Translations under genes and position numbers: made by a program | Part shown: positions 46,680-55,831 of the stretch, piece by piece | Layout: each line of letters opens with the position of its first letter | How positions within the stretch are numbered: position 1 is the stretch's first letter | Assembly: GCA_964230555.1 (NCBI GenBank) | Contig: CAXRIX010000167.1 | Coordinates: 5,667-69,666, forward strand | Direction: 5' to 3' | Source: Bdellovibrionales bacterium | GTDB taxonomy: Bacteria > Bdellovibrionota > Bdellovibrionia > Bdellovibrionales > JAGQZY01 | DNA: 64,000 nucleotides | The notes under the pieces: model-generated | Told to the model about the DNA's origin: nothing | Seen by the model: the letters and a program-made list of their open reading frames with translations, nothing else | Databases searched by the model: none

Positions 46680-47836
46680 TGCAAGAGAAAAAAGAAATCT
46701 ACCTCGACTACCATGCGACGACACCGGTTTTACCCGAAGTCCTTGAAGCCATGAGTCCCTATTTTTGCACTCACTTTGGTAACGCTAATTCCACGCATCA
46801 GTGGGGCTGGAAAGCTGAAATGGCCTTGGCGAAGTCAGGCAAGCAGGTCGCCGATCTTGTTGGTTGTAAAGCCTCTCAGGTTTTTTTCACCAGTGGAGCG
46901 ACTGAAAGTTTGCACTGGGTGATGACAGGTTGGACCCGAAAAAATGAACAGCCGAAGATTTTAACCACAAAAGTGGAGCACAAAGCCACGTTTGGAGCGG
47001 CCGACTTTGCAAAAGAGTTGGGAGCCGAGGTACGAATCTTGGGGGTCGATGAGTTTGGTCGTATCGATTTGGATGAGCTGCGGGACGAATTGCAAGACCA
47101 GCGGCCCACACTTTTATCGTTGATTTTTGCCAACAATGAAATCGGAACCATCAATCCCATCGCTGAGATTTGCCAGTTAAAAAAGTTCTTTCCCCATTTA
47201 AAGGTCCATGCCGATGGCGCGCAAGCTGTGGGTAAAATTCCGGTGGATTTCACCGCATTGGATTTGGACTACCTGAGTTTTTCAGGCCACAAAATTTATG
47301 GTCCGAAAGGCATCGGGGGCTTGGTCATGAAAGATAAAGACTCGTTGGTCCCCATGTTTGCCGGCGGCGGTCAGCAACGAGGGCAGCGCGCCGGGACCAT
47401 GGACGTTCCTTCGATCGTGGCTCTCGGGGTGGCCTGTGCTTGGGCACAAGACAATGTGGGAAAAGAAGGCGAGCGTCTTTCCGAGCTTCGGGATCAGGTG
47501 ATTTCAAAGTTTTTGGCCACCGATCAAGTGCGTTTGAACGGACACCCCAGTGACCGTCTCCCCCATAATATGAACTTCACTTTTAAAAACATTACTGTTG
47601 ATAAGTTGTTGTTAAAACTGCCAAAAGTAGGTTTTAGCTCAAGCTCGGCTTGCAGTTCGGGTGAGACCTCGGTCAGCCATGTTCTGCAGGCCATTGGCCG
47701 CACCGACCAAGAGGCTCGGCAAAGCGTTCGCTTTGGGATGGGCTACGGCACCAGCCGTGAGGATATGGAATACGTCACAAATAAAGTATTAGAAGCATTA
47801 GAAGAAGCCGAAAACTTCCAATCCTCAGGCAAATAA
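46676..47836 (+). CDS. Cysteine desulfurase (NifS/IscS class I)
   Basis: PLP-Lys context SFSGHKIYGPKGIGGL and catalytic Cys loop SSSSACSSGETSVSHVL. Confidence 0.9.
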   Translation: MMQEKKEIYLDYHATTPVLPEVLEAMSPYFCTHFGNANSTHQWGWKAEMALAKSGKQVADLVGCKASQVFFTSGATESLHWVMTGWTRKNEQPKILTTKVEHKATFGAADFAKELGAEVRILGVDEFGRIDLDELRDELQDQRPTLLSLIFANNEIGTINPIAEICQLKKFFPHLKVHADGAQAVGKIPVDFTALDLDYLSFSGHKIYGPKGIGGLVMKDKDSLVPMFAGGGQQRGQRAGTMDVPSIVALGVACAWAQDNVGKEGERLSELRDQVISKFLATDQVRLNGHPSDRLPHNMNFTFKNITVDKLLLKLPKVGFSSSSACSSGETSVSHVLQAIGRTDQEARQSVRFGMGYGTSREDMEYVTNKVLEALEEAENFQSSGK

Positions 47837-47998
47837 GTTATAATAAGTCTTACTTCGCTTGCCAGCCGCTATGCCCTATGTTTGGCTGTCGGCAGAAAAG
47901 CACTGAGACTGATCGGGCCTACCGAGGGCGATCGAATCAGATGGCAAATGAAGACTTGTTCTCGGTGGAAAATTTCACCGACGAAAGAGGATGAAACT

Positions 47999-48325
47999 AT
48001 GATTGAAATTACTGAAAAAGCTGTAAAACAAGTCCGTCGCCTTAAAGAAGATGAAGAGCAGCCTGCAGAAGCGATGCTTCGCGTGTATGTCGAAAAGGGT
48101 GGCTGCTCGGGTATGTCCTATAAAATGGACTTCACAACCGAACCCAAAGAAGGCGACAAGGTCTTTGAAGCCAGTGGCGAAAAACTTGTGGTGGATACCA
48201 CCAGTTACTTACACCTTATTGGAATGATCTTAGATTATGAAGGTGGTTTGAACGGCCAAGGCTTTGTCTTTAACAATCCCAATGCCAAGAAAACCTGTGC
48301 TTGCGGAATCTCATTTCGAGTTTAA
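47999..48325 (+). CDS. A-type Fe-S cluster carrier (IscA/ErpA/HesB family)
   Basis: The ATG at 47999 follows AAAGAGGA. Conserved GGCSGMSY and C-terminal CACGISF cysteines are present. Confidence 0.88.
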   Translation: MIEITEKAVKQVRRLKEDEEQPAEAMLRVYVEKGGCSGMSYKMDFTTEPKEGDKVFEASGEKLVVDTTSYLHLIGMILDYEGGLNGQGFVFNNPNAKKTCACGISFRV

Positions 48326-48328
48326 TCT

Positions 48329-48757
48329 TTAATTTAAATAGATTGTAAATCCGTTGTTGATGAGCCCGTCTTCTAGGACACCATCGCCTTCGATAACGAT
48401 CACCGGTGCCGAATCGAAGTCGGGAAACATGATCTCCAGCCGATCCATCAAATCTTGCTCAGAAAATCCGTTACCACCTGTTTCGATCCGATCAGGTGTA
48501 TCACTGTCACGCATGCTGAAAACCGCGCAACGCTCTGCTGTTGGAGCTGATGAACTGAAAGGGTAGTCTTCACAGTTCATAGTAATACTTTCGACCTCTT
48601 GGGCCGTCAGCTCGCGATTCGGTATTTCATTGATCTGATAAATGCCATCGGCGCCGGCTCCGCCGACAGTGGTGCCGTCGCTTCCGCAGCCGAAAAGCAA
48701 TAGGCAGCATAGCGTGCTCAAGACTGTCCCAATTTGAATCAATGAGTGAATCTTCAT
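48329..48757 (-). CDS. Hypothetical lipoprotein
   Basis: Lipobox LLLFGCGSDG. No recognisable domain. Confidence 0.5.
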   Translation of the reverse strand: MKIHSLIQIGTVLSTLCCLLLFGCGSDGTTVGGAGADGIYQINEIPNRELTAQEVESITMNCEDYPFSSSAPTAERCAVFSMRDSDTPDRIETGGNGFSEQDLMDRLEIMFPDFDSAPVIVIEGDGVLEDGLINNGFTIYLN

Positions 48758-49209
48758 GGTGCTTTATCGGTCTCAAATGGTGAGAACTTGATATTTGGTT
48801 GGAGGAGTCCTTCCAATATTTGCACTCTTATTTTCCTGAAGTGGTGGTCCATTTTTGGTTCGTTCACTTTTTTTGAAGTTCGGATTTGGTCCATGGCTGA
48901 TAGTCCGCTCCTAAAACATGTTTTTCCTCTTCTGCGGGACCCAATTTCTTAGCCCAGTGGAATGGGAAGCCTTAAGACATATCGAACCCCCGCACTCGAG
49001 TTCGAAGTTTTTGATTCTTCGTCATGACGAAAAAAGCGTGGGAAAAGGCCATAGTCTCTTAATAATGCATCGCAAAAATTGTCTCAATTTATTCATATCA
49101 GTAATTGTCACTTTCTTAATCGCAAAAAGACCGGTAGGAGTTCAATTCCGCCCATTGAAGGGGATTTTAGCGGAACGTAGTTAATTATTTGTAGCAAAGG
49201 ACGAAGGAA

Positions 49210-51837
49210 ATGTTGGGAAAACTTATTTTAATCATTTTGTTTCCATTAGGAGTAATGGCGCAAACAACAGCCGAAGAGACCACCTCATCGACCTCGCAAT
49301 CGCAGGCTCCTGCCGGCGAGCAAAGCCAAGAGGGTGAATCATCAGAAGAAACGGAGACTGTGACCCAATCCGAAACCGCAGTGACCGTTGAGCAGGATGA
49401 AGACAACGACTCAACTCCGGCTCGCTCGAAGGTTGAGAAAATCGAAGTCACAGGATCACATATTCGTCGGACCGATATCGAAGGCCCTTCCCCCGTTCTT
49501 GTGATTGATCGCGAAAGAATTGAGTCTTCGGGTATGAACACCGTCTCAGGCGTTCTCCAACAGTCCACAGTCAGTCCCTTCGGAACAAGCTCGCAGTTTC
49601 CTAACTCTGTAAACTTAAAAGGACTTGGCTCAGCGAAAACCTTGGTTTTAATTAATGGTCAACGGGCCCCTGGGACCGGGAGCAGTTATTTGTCTGGGCC
49701 GGTGAGCACGGACTTTGTTCCATTGGCGGCCGTAGAAAGAATTGAAATTTTAAAAGATGGTGCCTCTGCGACTTATGGTTCCGATGCTTTGGGCGGAGTG
49801 GTTAACATTATCACTCGTAAAGATATTGATGGTATTGCCGTGGCGAACCAGTACAACATGACGAGTTTTGAAGGCGGCGATAACAACCGAGCTTCGTTTG
49901 CGTACGGCACACAAACAAGCAAATCCAATTTTATGACAAGTGCTCAGGTTACCATTAACCAGGGATATCGTTTGTCCGCTTTGGATTACTCTGGACTTGG
50001 TTTAGAGGAGTCTCGAGTTTGGGCAACAAACTATCAGAACGATAGTGGTGACATTGTCCCGGCTCCAGGATGTACCGATTTGAATGCCTTTGGTGAGTGT
50101 GCGGACTTTGATCGTACTAGCCGTACGATCGAGCAAGGATATGATGTCGATTGGGTGACTCAGTACTCTCGAGATCTTTCCAGTGGAGCCGAATTTTATT
50201 CGACCGTACTTTTAGGCTATAGCTACGACCCGGACAGTCTCCCTGTTCGTTTGGCGACACCGGGGCAAGGATCAGGAGCTTTCTTCACTGCGGCTGAAAG
50301 TCCGGCGGCATGGAATTCATTGCCAGGTTACAGCGGTGGCGACATTTACATCACTCACCGTTTCGATGATTTAATCAATAAGAGCATTGAGCAAACTTAC
50401 TACGGCGGATTAGTGACCGGAGTAAAAGGCTATTTCGGAAACTCAGACTGGGAGTGGGATGCTTCCTTGAATAACCAGATCAATGTGCAAACGGTCACTG
50501 AAGAAAATCTTGGATATTTTCCTGGCGCGCAAGCAGCCCTTAGCAGCGGAGCTTATAACCCATTTGATGCTTCTCAGCGTGATACAACAGGAATAGGGAT
50601 TGATACCTTTAATAGAAACCGTTTTATGCTTAACTGGGCAGAATTCAAAACAAACGGTAGCTTGGGAAGTCTTTTAGGTTTTAACTGGGCAGCAGCAGCA
50701 GGAGCGTCGGCCGCTCATTTTGAATATGCCGACCATCGTGCGGCTCCAATAGTTCAAGGCCTTACCATGGGTCAATCTGGAGTGATCGGAAGTGCTGGAC
50801 GTGAGCTTTATGCTCTGTTTGGGGAATTAAGTGGAGTTATTGCGAACAAGTTTGAATTGCAATTCTCTTTACGTGGCGATCTTTATTCCGACTTTGGGGA
50901 AACCATCAACCCCAAAATTGCGGCCAGATATCAGCCGACGTCTTGGCTGACTCTTCGTTCTTCCGCGGGAACGGGATTCCAAGCACCCACCTTGCAAGAT
51001 ATGAATACAAGCCTTGAAGGGTTTTTCTCGCAACAAACGGACTATGTTCGATGTAATGACCCCAGTATTAACGATTGTAATGATAAATCGTTCGCGGCTG
51101 TTCAAGCGGCAAACCAAGATCTTCAAGAGGAAACCTCTTTATCAGTGAATTTCGGAGCCATTGTGCAGCCGTTAGATAACCTCACAGTCGGCGTCGATGT
51201 ATGGATGGCAAAGGTTGAAGGGGTGATTGGTACCAACATCGACCAGATTCTGCGTGCCGAGGCTGACTTCGGTCCTGGAGCCTTGGGGCCATTGGGTGTT
51301 AATCTCATACGCTTGAATGGCGACCCGACGGGAGAAATTCAAAGAGTTGAGTACACATTGGTGAACCAAGGAGTTCAGCAGGTGGAAGGATTGGACTTCG
51401 ATGCTGAATACAAATTGCAAACGTCCATTGGTGATTTCACGTTTAAAGATGAGCTGAGTTATATTTTCCATTACTACCAAGAGTTTATCAGTCGCTATGG
51501 AAGAGAAGACATTGTGGGCCGCGCCGGAGCACCTCGGTGGAGAAACAACTTCAGTATTGGTTACCAAAAAGGCGAGTGGGATGCTTTAATCTTAGCACGT
51601 TCGACGGCTGATATGCTTTGGGATAACTTTGCCATTGGTCAGTACAATCCTTCGGTGGTGTCGCCCACTCAGTTTGATGTTTCTGTGGCTCGTAATTTCG
51701 GAGACATTGGACGGTTTCAATTGGGTGCGATTAACATTGGCAACATTCGCCCTCGTTTCAGCGCGTCTCAAGATATTGATCGATCGCTGTTTCGGCCTTA
51801 CACAACTTACTATCTTACTTATAGAAAAGATTTTTAA
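49210..51837 (+). CDS. TonB-dependent outer-membrane receptor
   Basis: 875 aa with a signal peptide and an acidic Ser/Thr/Glu-rich linker. Plug region IEVTGSHIRR...IEILKDGASATYGSDALGGVVNIIT; terminal beta-strand YYLTYRKDF ending in Phe. Confidence 0.9.
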   Translation: MLGKLILIILFPLGVMAQTTAEETTSSTSQSQAPAGEQSQEGESSEETETVTQSETAVTVEQDEDNDSTPARSKVEKIEVTGSHIRRTDIEGPSPVLVIDRERIESSGMNTVSGVLQQSTVSPFGTSSQFPNSVNLKGLGSAKTLVLINGQRAPGTGSSYLSGPVSTDFVPLAAVERIEILKDGASATYGSDALGGVVNIITRKDIDGIAVANQYNMTSFEGGDNNRASFAYGTQTSKSNFMTSAQVTINQGYRLSALDYSGLGLEESRVWATNYQNDSGDIVPAPGCTDLNAFGECADFDRTSRTIEQGYDVDWVTQYSRDLSSGAEFYSTVLLGYSYDPDSLPVRLATPGQGSGAFFTAAESPAAWNSLPGYSGGDIYITHRFDDLINKSIEQTYYGGLVTGVKGYFGNSDWEWDASLNNQINVQTVTEENLGYFPGAQAALSSGAYNPFDASQRDTTGIGIDTFNRNRFMLNWAEFKTNGSLGSLLGFNWAAAAGASAAHFEYADHRAAPIVQGLTMGQSGVIGSAGRELYALFGELSGVIANKFELQFSLRGDLYSDFGETINPKIAARYQPTSWLTLRSSAGTGFQAPTLQDMNTSLEGFFSQQTDYVRCNDPSINDCNDKSFAAVQAANQDLQEETSLSVNFGAIVQPLDNLTVGVDVWMAKVEGVIGTNIDQILRAEADFGPGALGPLGVNLIRLNGDPTGEIQRVEYTLVNQGVQQVEGLDFDAEYKLQTSIGDFTFKDELSYIFHYYQEFISRYGREDIVGRAGAPRWRNNFSIGYQKGEWDALILARSTADMLWDNFAIGQYNPSVVSPTQFDVSVARNFGDIGRFQLGAINIGNIRPRFSASQDIDRSLFRPYTTYYLTYRKDF

Positions 51838-51925
51838 GACAAATGATAAAGGAAAGGTGCTCAAGGTGTTGAGCAGCCTTTGCTGCTGAAAACTAAGTTC
51901 ATGCACCACACAGCGATCAAAAGTG

Positions 51926-51960
51926 AGCCAACATAATAAACTGTGTTGGCTTTTTTTTTT
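51926..51960 (+). terminator. Intrinsic terminator after the TonB-dependent receptor
   Basis: AGCCAACA-taataaactg-TGTTGGCT followed by T10. Confidence 0.8.
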
Positions 51961-52060
51961 ATAACCCTTGCCAATCCTGGCTAGACAGTGCCCTTCATAC
52001 TATAGTGTTTTTATATCCCTAAGAGTCGAAATAGAGTGCCGTAGAAAATTCCACGGGTTC

Positions 52061-52094
52061 AATATAAAAAGCCCAGTCTTTTCAGAGTGGGCTT
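52061..52094 (-). terminator. Intrinsic terminator after the 52131..52544 gene
   Basis: Minus strand reads AAGCCCAcTC-tgaaaa-GAcTGGGCTT followed by TTTTTATATT. Confidence 0.6.
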
Positions 52095-52130
52095 AAGCAA
52101 ACACATCAGTGGTGAATTATCAGGGTTGGT

Positions 52131-52544
52131 TTATTTAAAAGAAATTGAGATTAATTTTACTTGGGTGTCGCCGCTTTTGTCATAAGTAACGTCCATAACG
52201 TTGGAAACGTTTAAGCCATATGTGCTAGCCAAGTTATAAGACTTCAATGGTTGCTCCTCGAGCCACTGATGAGCTGACTCTAGGGCTTCTTGGTTAGGAA
52301 AACAAAGCACGATCTGTCTCCAGGTATTGATTGTATCGGCCGCTTGTGGAACCGGGATTTGAATCGAATTTTTAAAGTCGCAAACTGTATCAACATTGAC
52401 CGCTTTTTTTAAGTTGTGAACAGCTTGATAGAGATTGTTGCCACTTTGACCTTGGGTCCAATCCAACACATCTTGCATCGAGTGATCGGCGTTGGCCATT
52501 GAAACACTAAAAAGAATAGCAACAAGTACAAATATATTTTTCAT
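52131..52544 (-). CDS. Hypothetical secreted protein
   Basis: 137 aa with signal peptide MKNIFVLVAILFSVSMANA and an AAGGAG RBS. Confidence 0.5.
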   Translation of the reverse strand: MKNIFVLVAILFSVSMANADHSMQDVLDWTQGQSGNNLYQAVHNLKKAVNVDTVCDFKNSIQIPVPQAADTINTWRQIVLCFPNQEALESAHQWLEEQPLKSYNLASTYGLNVSNVMDVTYDKSGDTQVKLISISFK

Positions 52545-52900
52545 AGAAAAACTCCTTATGGGTTAAGCTTGTTGCGGGAACCATACCGGATTTTTAAGTC
52601 TGTTGGTCAGAAACCCACAAACCAGGTAAAGATTGCAGATTTGCCTATGAAATGAATTAACAGACGGTTAATCCCTCATCGAAATTTTAGGTCATTAGGA
52701 AAATAGCGTTATCAATACAATAAAATTGAGAACAGTCGATTGATTATTCAGCGATGAGATTGCGAACGCCTTAAATAAGTCCAGTTTTTTCAAGGCACTT
52801 TTTAAAAAATGAGTGGGGGTTTTAAGGAAAATCGCGGGTCGTGTTTATTATTTAAAACGATAAACTTTACAGGGCCCGAACCGATCCAGCTTCTCTCCCG

Positions 52901-52918
52901 AAAAGTGCCTGGCACCTT
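52901..52918 (-). terminator. Palindromic hairpin copy 1 (AAAAGTGCC-T-GGCACCTT), distal of two downstream of the acyl-CoA dehydrogenase gene
   Basis: It shares the GTGCCTGGCAC core with copy 2. Minus-strand reading gives a stem followed by TTTT. Confidence 0.4.
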
Positions 52919-52939
52919 ACAGGTACTCCGCGCGTTTCC

Positions 52940-52960
52940 AAAAGGTGCCTGGCACCTTTT
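52940..52960 (-). terminator. Palindromic hairpin copy 2 (perfect 21-nt palindrome AAAAGGTGCC-T-GGCACCTTTT), 15 nt past the acyl-CoA dehydrogenase stop
   Basis: Perfect palindrome read directly from the sequence. It has an A/T-tract on both sides, so it could act bidirectionally. Confidence 0.5.
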
Positions 52961-52974
52961 GGGTAGGCAGGGTG

Positions 52975-54162
52975 TTAGAGGCGTTTGCGCAGGTCGTTGG
53001 TTATGTTTTTCTGATGGGCCTCTAGGGTTCCGCCGCCGATTTCTAATAACTTGGCGTCTCTCCACAGGCGTTCCACTGTGTATTCTCCAACGTAACCGTA
53101 TCCACCTAAAACTTGAATCGCATTGTCGGCCACTTGTTTTGCCATGGGAGTGGCGACCAATTTGACTCCATCAGAATCAATTCGGTTACCGGTTCCATCA
53201 GGACTCATGACGCGAGCCGTGTTGTAGACATAGCAGCGGGCGGCCTGAAAATGGGCGTAGCTCTCGGAAATGAACTTTTGAATCTGTCCATACTTGTTGA
53301 TGGAGTTGCCAAAAGCCATACGCTCATTGGCGTATTTGTTCATGACGTCAATGCAGCGCTTAGCGATCCCTAAGGCCATGGCCGCTAGGGTGACACGCTC
53401 GATTTCCAGGTTGCGCATCATGTGGGTTGCTGATTCGCCCTCAGCACCCACCAAATTTTCGGCGGGAACTTTACAGTTATCAAAAACCAATTCGGCCGTG
53501 TTCGAACCACGCATTCCCAGTTTGTCCATGATTTTTTGGCCCACTGAAAATCCAGGGAAATCTTTTTCAACAATAAATGTGGAGATCTCGGCACGACCAT
53601 TTTTTTCACCAGTCTTGGCATAAACCCAAATCACATCCCCGGGCGTTCCGTTGTCGTCAACGCAACCGTTGGTGATCCACATTTTAGTGCCGTTAAGTAC
53701 ATAATGGTCGCCATCTTTCTTGGCGGTCGTCTCCATGCCTAAAACATCGGTACCGTAATTGGCTTCGGACATCGCCATCGCTCCAACCCATTCGCCACTG
53801 CAAAGTTTTGGCAGGTACTTCTGCTTTTGCTCTTTGGAGGCGTGATGGGCCATATTGTTTACACACAACATAGAATGCGCCAAATAGGCCAAGCAAAAAC
53901 CAGGGTCTGAGTAAGAGAGTTCTTCGTGAGCAATGACAGCGGCCAGTGAGCCTAGCCCCGAGCCGCCAAACTCTTCAGAAACAGTGATTCCAAGAAGACC
54001 CATATCGCCTAATTTTTTAAATAAGGGTAAATTGAATTTTTCATCTCGGTCATATTCAAGCGCTTGGGGTTCGACCTCGGCGGCCACCCATTGTGCGATT
54101 GTCTCACGAAGCATTGCGTGTTCATCGGTGGGATTAAAAAGGTCAAACTTTTGTAAATCCAT
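52975..54162 (-). CDS. Acyl-CoA dehydrogenase (isovaleryl-CoA dehydrogenase-like)
   Basis: 395 aa with a GGAGG RBS and ACAD N/M/C-domain blocks (AMSEANYGTDV, WITNG, C-terminal GGYGYVGEYTVERLWRDAKLLEIGGGT). Confidence 0.9.
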   Translation of the reverse strand: MDLQKFDLFNPTDEHAMLRETIAQWVAAEVEPQALEYDRDEKFNLPLFKKLGDMGLLGITVSEEFGGSGLGSLAAVIAHEELSYSDPGFCLAYLAHSMLCVNNMAHHASKEQKQKYLPKLCSGEWVGAMAMSEANYGTDVLGMETTAKKDGDHYVLNGTKMWITNGCVDDNGTPGDVIWVYAKTGEKNGRAEISTFIVEKDFPGFSVGQKIMDKLGMRGSNTAELVFDNCKVPAENLVGAEGESATHMMRNLEIERVTLAAMALGIAKRCIDVMNKYANERMAFGNSINKYGQIQKFISESYAHFQAARCYVYNTARVMSPDGTGNRIDSDGVKLVATPMAKQVADNAIQVLGGYGYVGEYTVERLWRDAKLLEIGGGTLEAHQKNITNDLRKRL

Positions 54163-54293
54163 TACCCCTCCATGTAAATCCGAGGGCCTTTCAGGTCCGT
54201 TCGGTCATCATTAAATTGAATGATAAAGTTGTAAGTCGATTAGATTCATTTGTCACTGCCTGGTCTCGGAAACACCATGGCGAGGCGCCATTT

Positions 54294-54965
54294 TTAAGGT
54301 TGAATTGGAGGGGGGAGAATAGGCGTTCGACAGCTTCTAAATAAATACAGGGCAAGAAGCTTATGACGCTCTTCATCAGTCAGTCCCACGACTCCCTTTT
54401 CCGACATTTCACGTTGAATGTGTTGAAAACACAAGGCTGCGGCCACAGAAATATTAAAGCTCTGAACAAACCCTTGCATGGGTATGAAAACTCGTTCATC
54501 AGCCAACTCTGTTAGGGTGGAACTGGCGCCATCTCTTTCATTGCCAAAAAACAAGGCCGTCGGCTGATCAAAGCGGACTTCATCAAGCGGTTTGCCACCT
54601 TCAAGGTGAGTGACAAAGATTTGGTAACCCTGATCACGCAAGTGGGCGACACAGGAGGGGGTGTCACTCCAAATCTTTTGGATCAACCATTTGTCAGCGC
54701 CCTGGGTGACCCGCTTGGACTCTTTAAAATCATCGGATGTTATAATTTGGTGAAACTTGTGAAATCCGAAAGCCTCAGCACTGCGCATAACGGCACTGGT
54801 GTTTCCCCGGTCATAGATATTTTCCATCACGGTCACAAGATTAGGATTGCGGTTATCGATGACGGCACAGATTTTTTGGTAACGCTGGGGTAAAACCTGG
54901 TCTTTTAATGCCGTGATCACCTCGTCAACATTGTAGAGCCGATCAGCCAATTCTATTGTGGTCAC
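54294..54965 (-). CDS. trmH: SpoU/TrmH-family tRNA (guanosine-2'-O)-methyltransferase
   Basis: SPOUT motifs NTSAVMRSAEAFGF, LFFGNERDGAS and IPMQGFVQSFNISVAAALCF. The start overlaps the speE stop by 4 nt. Confidence 0.85.
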   Translation of the reverse strand: MTTIELADRLYNVDEVITALKDQVLPQRYQKICAVIDNRNPNLVTVMENIYDRGNTSAVMRSAEAFGFHKFHQIITSDDFKESKRVTQGADKWLIQKIWSDTPSCVAHLRDQGYQIFVTHLEGGKPLDEVRFDQPTALFFGNERDGASSTLTELADERVFIPMQGFVQSFNISVAAALCFQHIQREMSEKGVVGLTDEERHKLLALYLFRSCRTPILPPPIQP

Positions 54966-55831
54966 GACCAGCGCGGCTCCGGTAAGGGTGATAGGCTGTT
55001 TTGATGTTCGTCGAGCATAAACTGAGGCAACAAAAAGGCGCCGTAATGAATCGCAGTTGAGTAGTACTGGAACTTTTGTTGAACCCGTTCAGGGTTAAAA
55101 TCTTTAAATGGACAAAGGCCTTTCGATGCAAATGTAAATGACCAAAGGCCACTGGGATAGCTCATGTTGCAATAATTGTAGATATGAACCTTTGGAAAAA
55201 CCTCAGCTAAAATTTTCATCAAGACTTTTTGCATCTTCATGTCGTAATAAGGAGACTCTCCCTGGGAGACCACAATACCCTGGTCCGATAGCCGCGCGGC
55301 CACATCCTTGTAAAAATCAACATTAAACAGAGGTGTGGCCGGACCGATGGGCTCAGAGGAATCAACAATAATGACATCAAAAATCTGATCAGACTCTTTC
55401 ATGAATTCCACTCCGTCTTGAATAAGAAGCTTCACTTTGGGGTCTGTTAACTGAGAGGACGTTTGCGGGATAAACTTTTTGCTGGCTTCAACAACGGCAC
55501 CATCGATTTCCACCATGGTGACAGTCTCTACACTTGGGTGTTTTAGAACTTCACGCACAGTGCCGCCATCGCCACCGCCGATAACCAACACATTTTTTGG
55601 ATTGGGGTGAGTAAAAAGCGGGACGTGGGTGATCATGTCGTGATAAATAAATTCGTCTTTTTCCGTAACCATGATCATGCCATCGTGAGCAAGCAGTTTG
55701 CCGTGGCCTTGAGTTTCGACCACTTCGACCTTCTGAAAATCACTTTGCGTGGAAAACAAGCGCTCTTTCAAGCGAAACCTTAAAGCAATATCTTCGTGGG
55801 TTTCTTCAAACCAGTCTGACTTGTTATTCAT
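54962..55831 (-). CDS. speE: Spermidine synthase
   Basis: VLVIGGGDGGTVREVLKH, DVIIVDSSEPIGPA and the N-terminal tetramerisation block. The start overlaps the upstream AdoMetDC gene by 8 nt. Confidence 0.93.
   Translation of the reverse strand: MNNKSDWFEETHEDIALRFRLKERLFSTQSDFQKVEVVETQGHGKLLAHDGMIMVTEKDEFIYHDMITHVPLFTHPNPKNVLVIGGGDGGTVREVLKHPSVETVTMVEIDGAVVEASKKFIPQTSSQLTDPKVKLLIQDGVEFMKESDQIFDVIIVDSSEPIGPATPLFNVDFYKDVAARLSDQGIVVSQGESPYYDMKMQKVLMKILAEVFPKVHIYNYCNMSYPSGLWSFTFASKGLCPFKDFNPERVQQKFQYYSTAIHYGAFLLPQFMLDEHQNSLSPLPEPRWS

Noticed and set aside
45987-46746. Several overlapping ORFs occur in other frames and on the other strand across the ferredoxin tail: 45987..46571, 46175..46441, 46330..46746 and 46466..46714.
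   Set aside because: They are by-products of the purine-rich, low-complexity DNA encoding the Lys/Arg/Gly tail. The ferredoxin frame is the one with an RBS, a recognisable domain and an ATGA coupling to nifS.
48940-48990. Cobalamin-riboswitch-like words (AGCCCAGTGG, GGGAAGCC) occur upstream of the TonB-dependent receptor.
   Set aside because: The elements are in the wrong order. They lie about 240 nt from the ATG and lack the GGTGAAAATCC / CCCGCAACTGTAA core on either strand. Only a covariance-model scan could rescue this.
49133-49153. A tRNA T-arm-like string occurs: GGTAGGAGTTCAATTCCGCCC.
   Set aside because: The flanks cannot form a 5-bp T-stem (GGAG versus CCGC), and there is no acceptor, D or anticodon arm around it. 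I found no tRNA in any intergenic region.
49185-49568. A 127-aa minus-strand ORF overlaps the start of the TonB-dependent receptor.
   Set aside because: It is antisense to the acidic Ser/Thr/Glu linker of a clearly real gene. It has no RBS or signal of its own.
52802-53165. Two ORFs (52809..53165 plus, 52802..53065 minus) occur in the gap below the acyl-CoA dehydrogenase gene.
   Set aside because: Both run into or through the acd coding region or its terminator palindromes. They lack an RBS and have Arg/Pro/Gly-rich nonsense-like composition.
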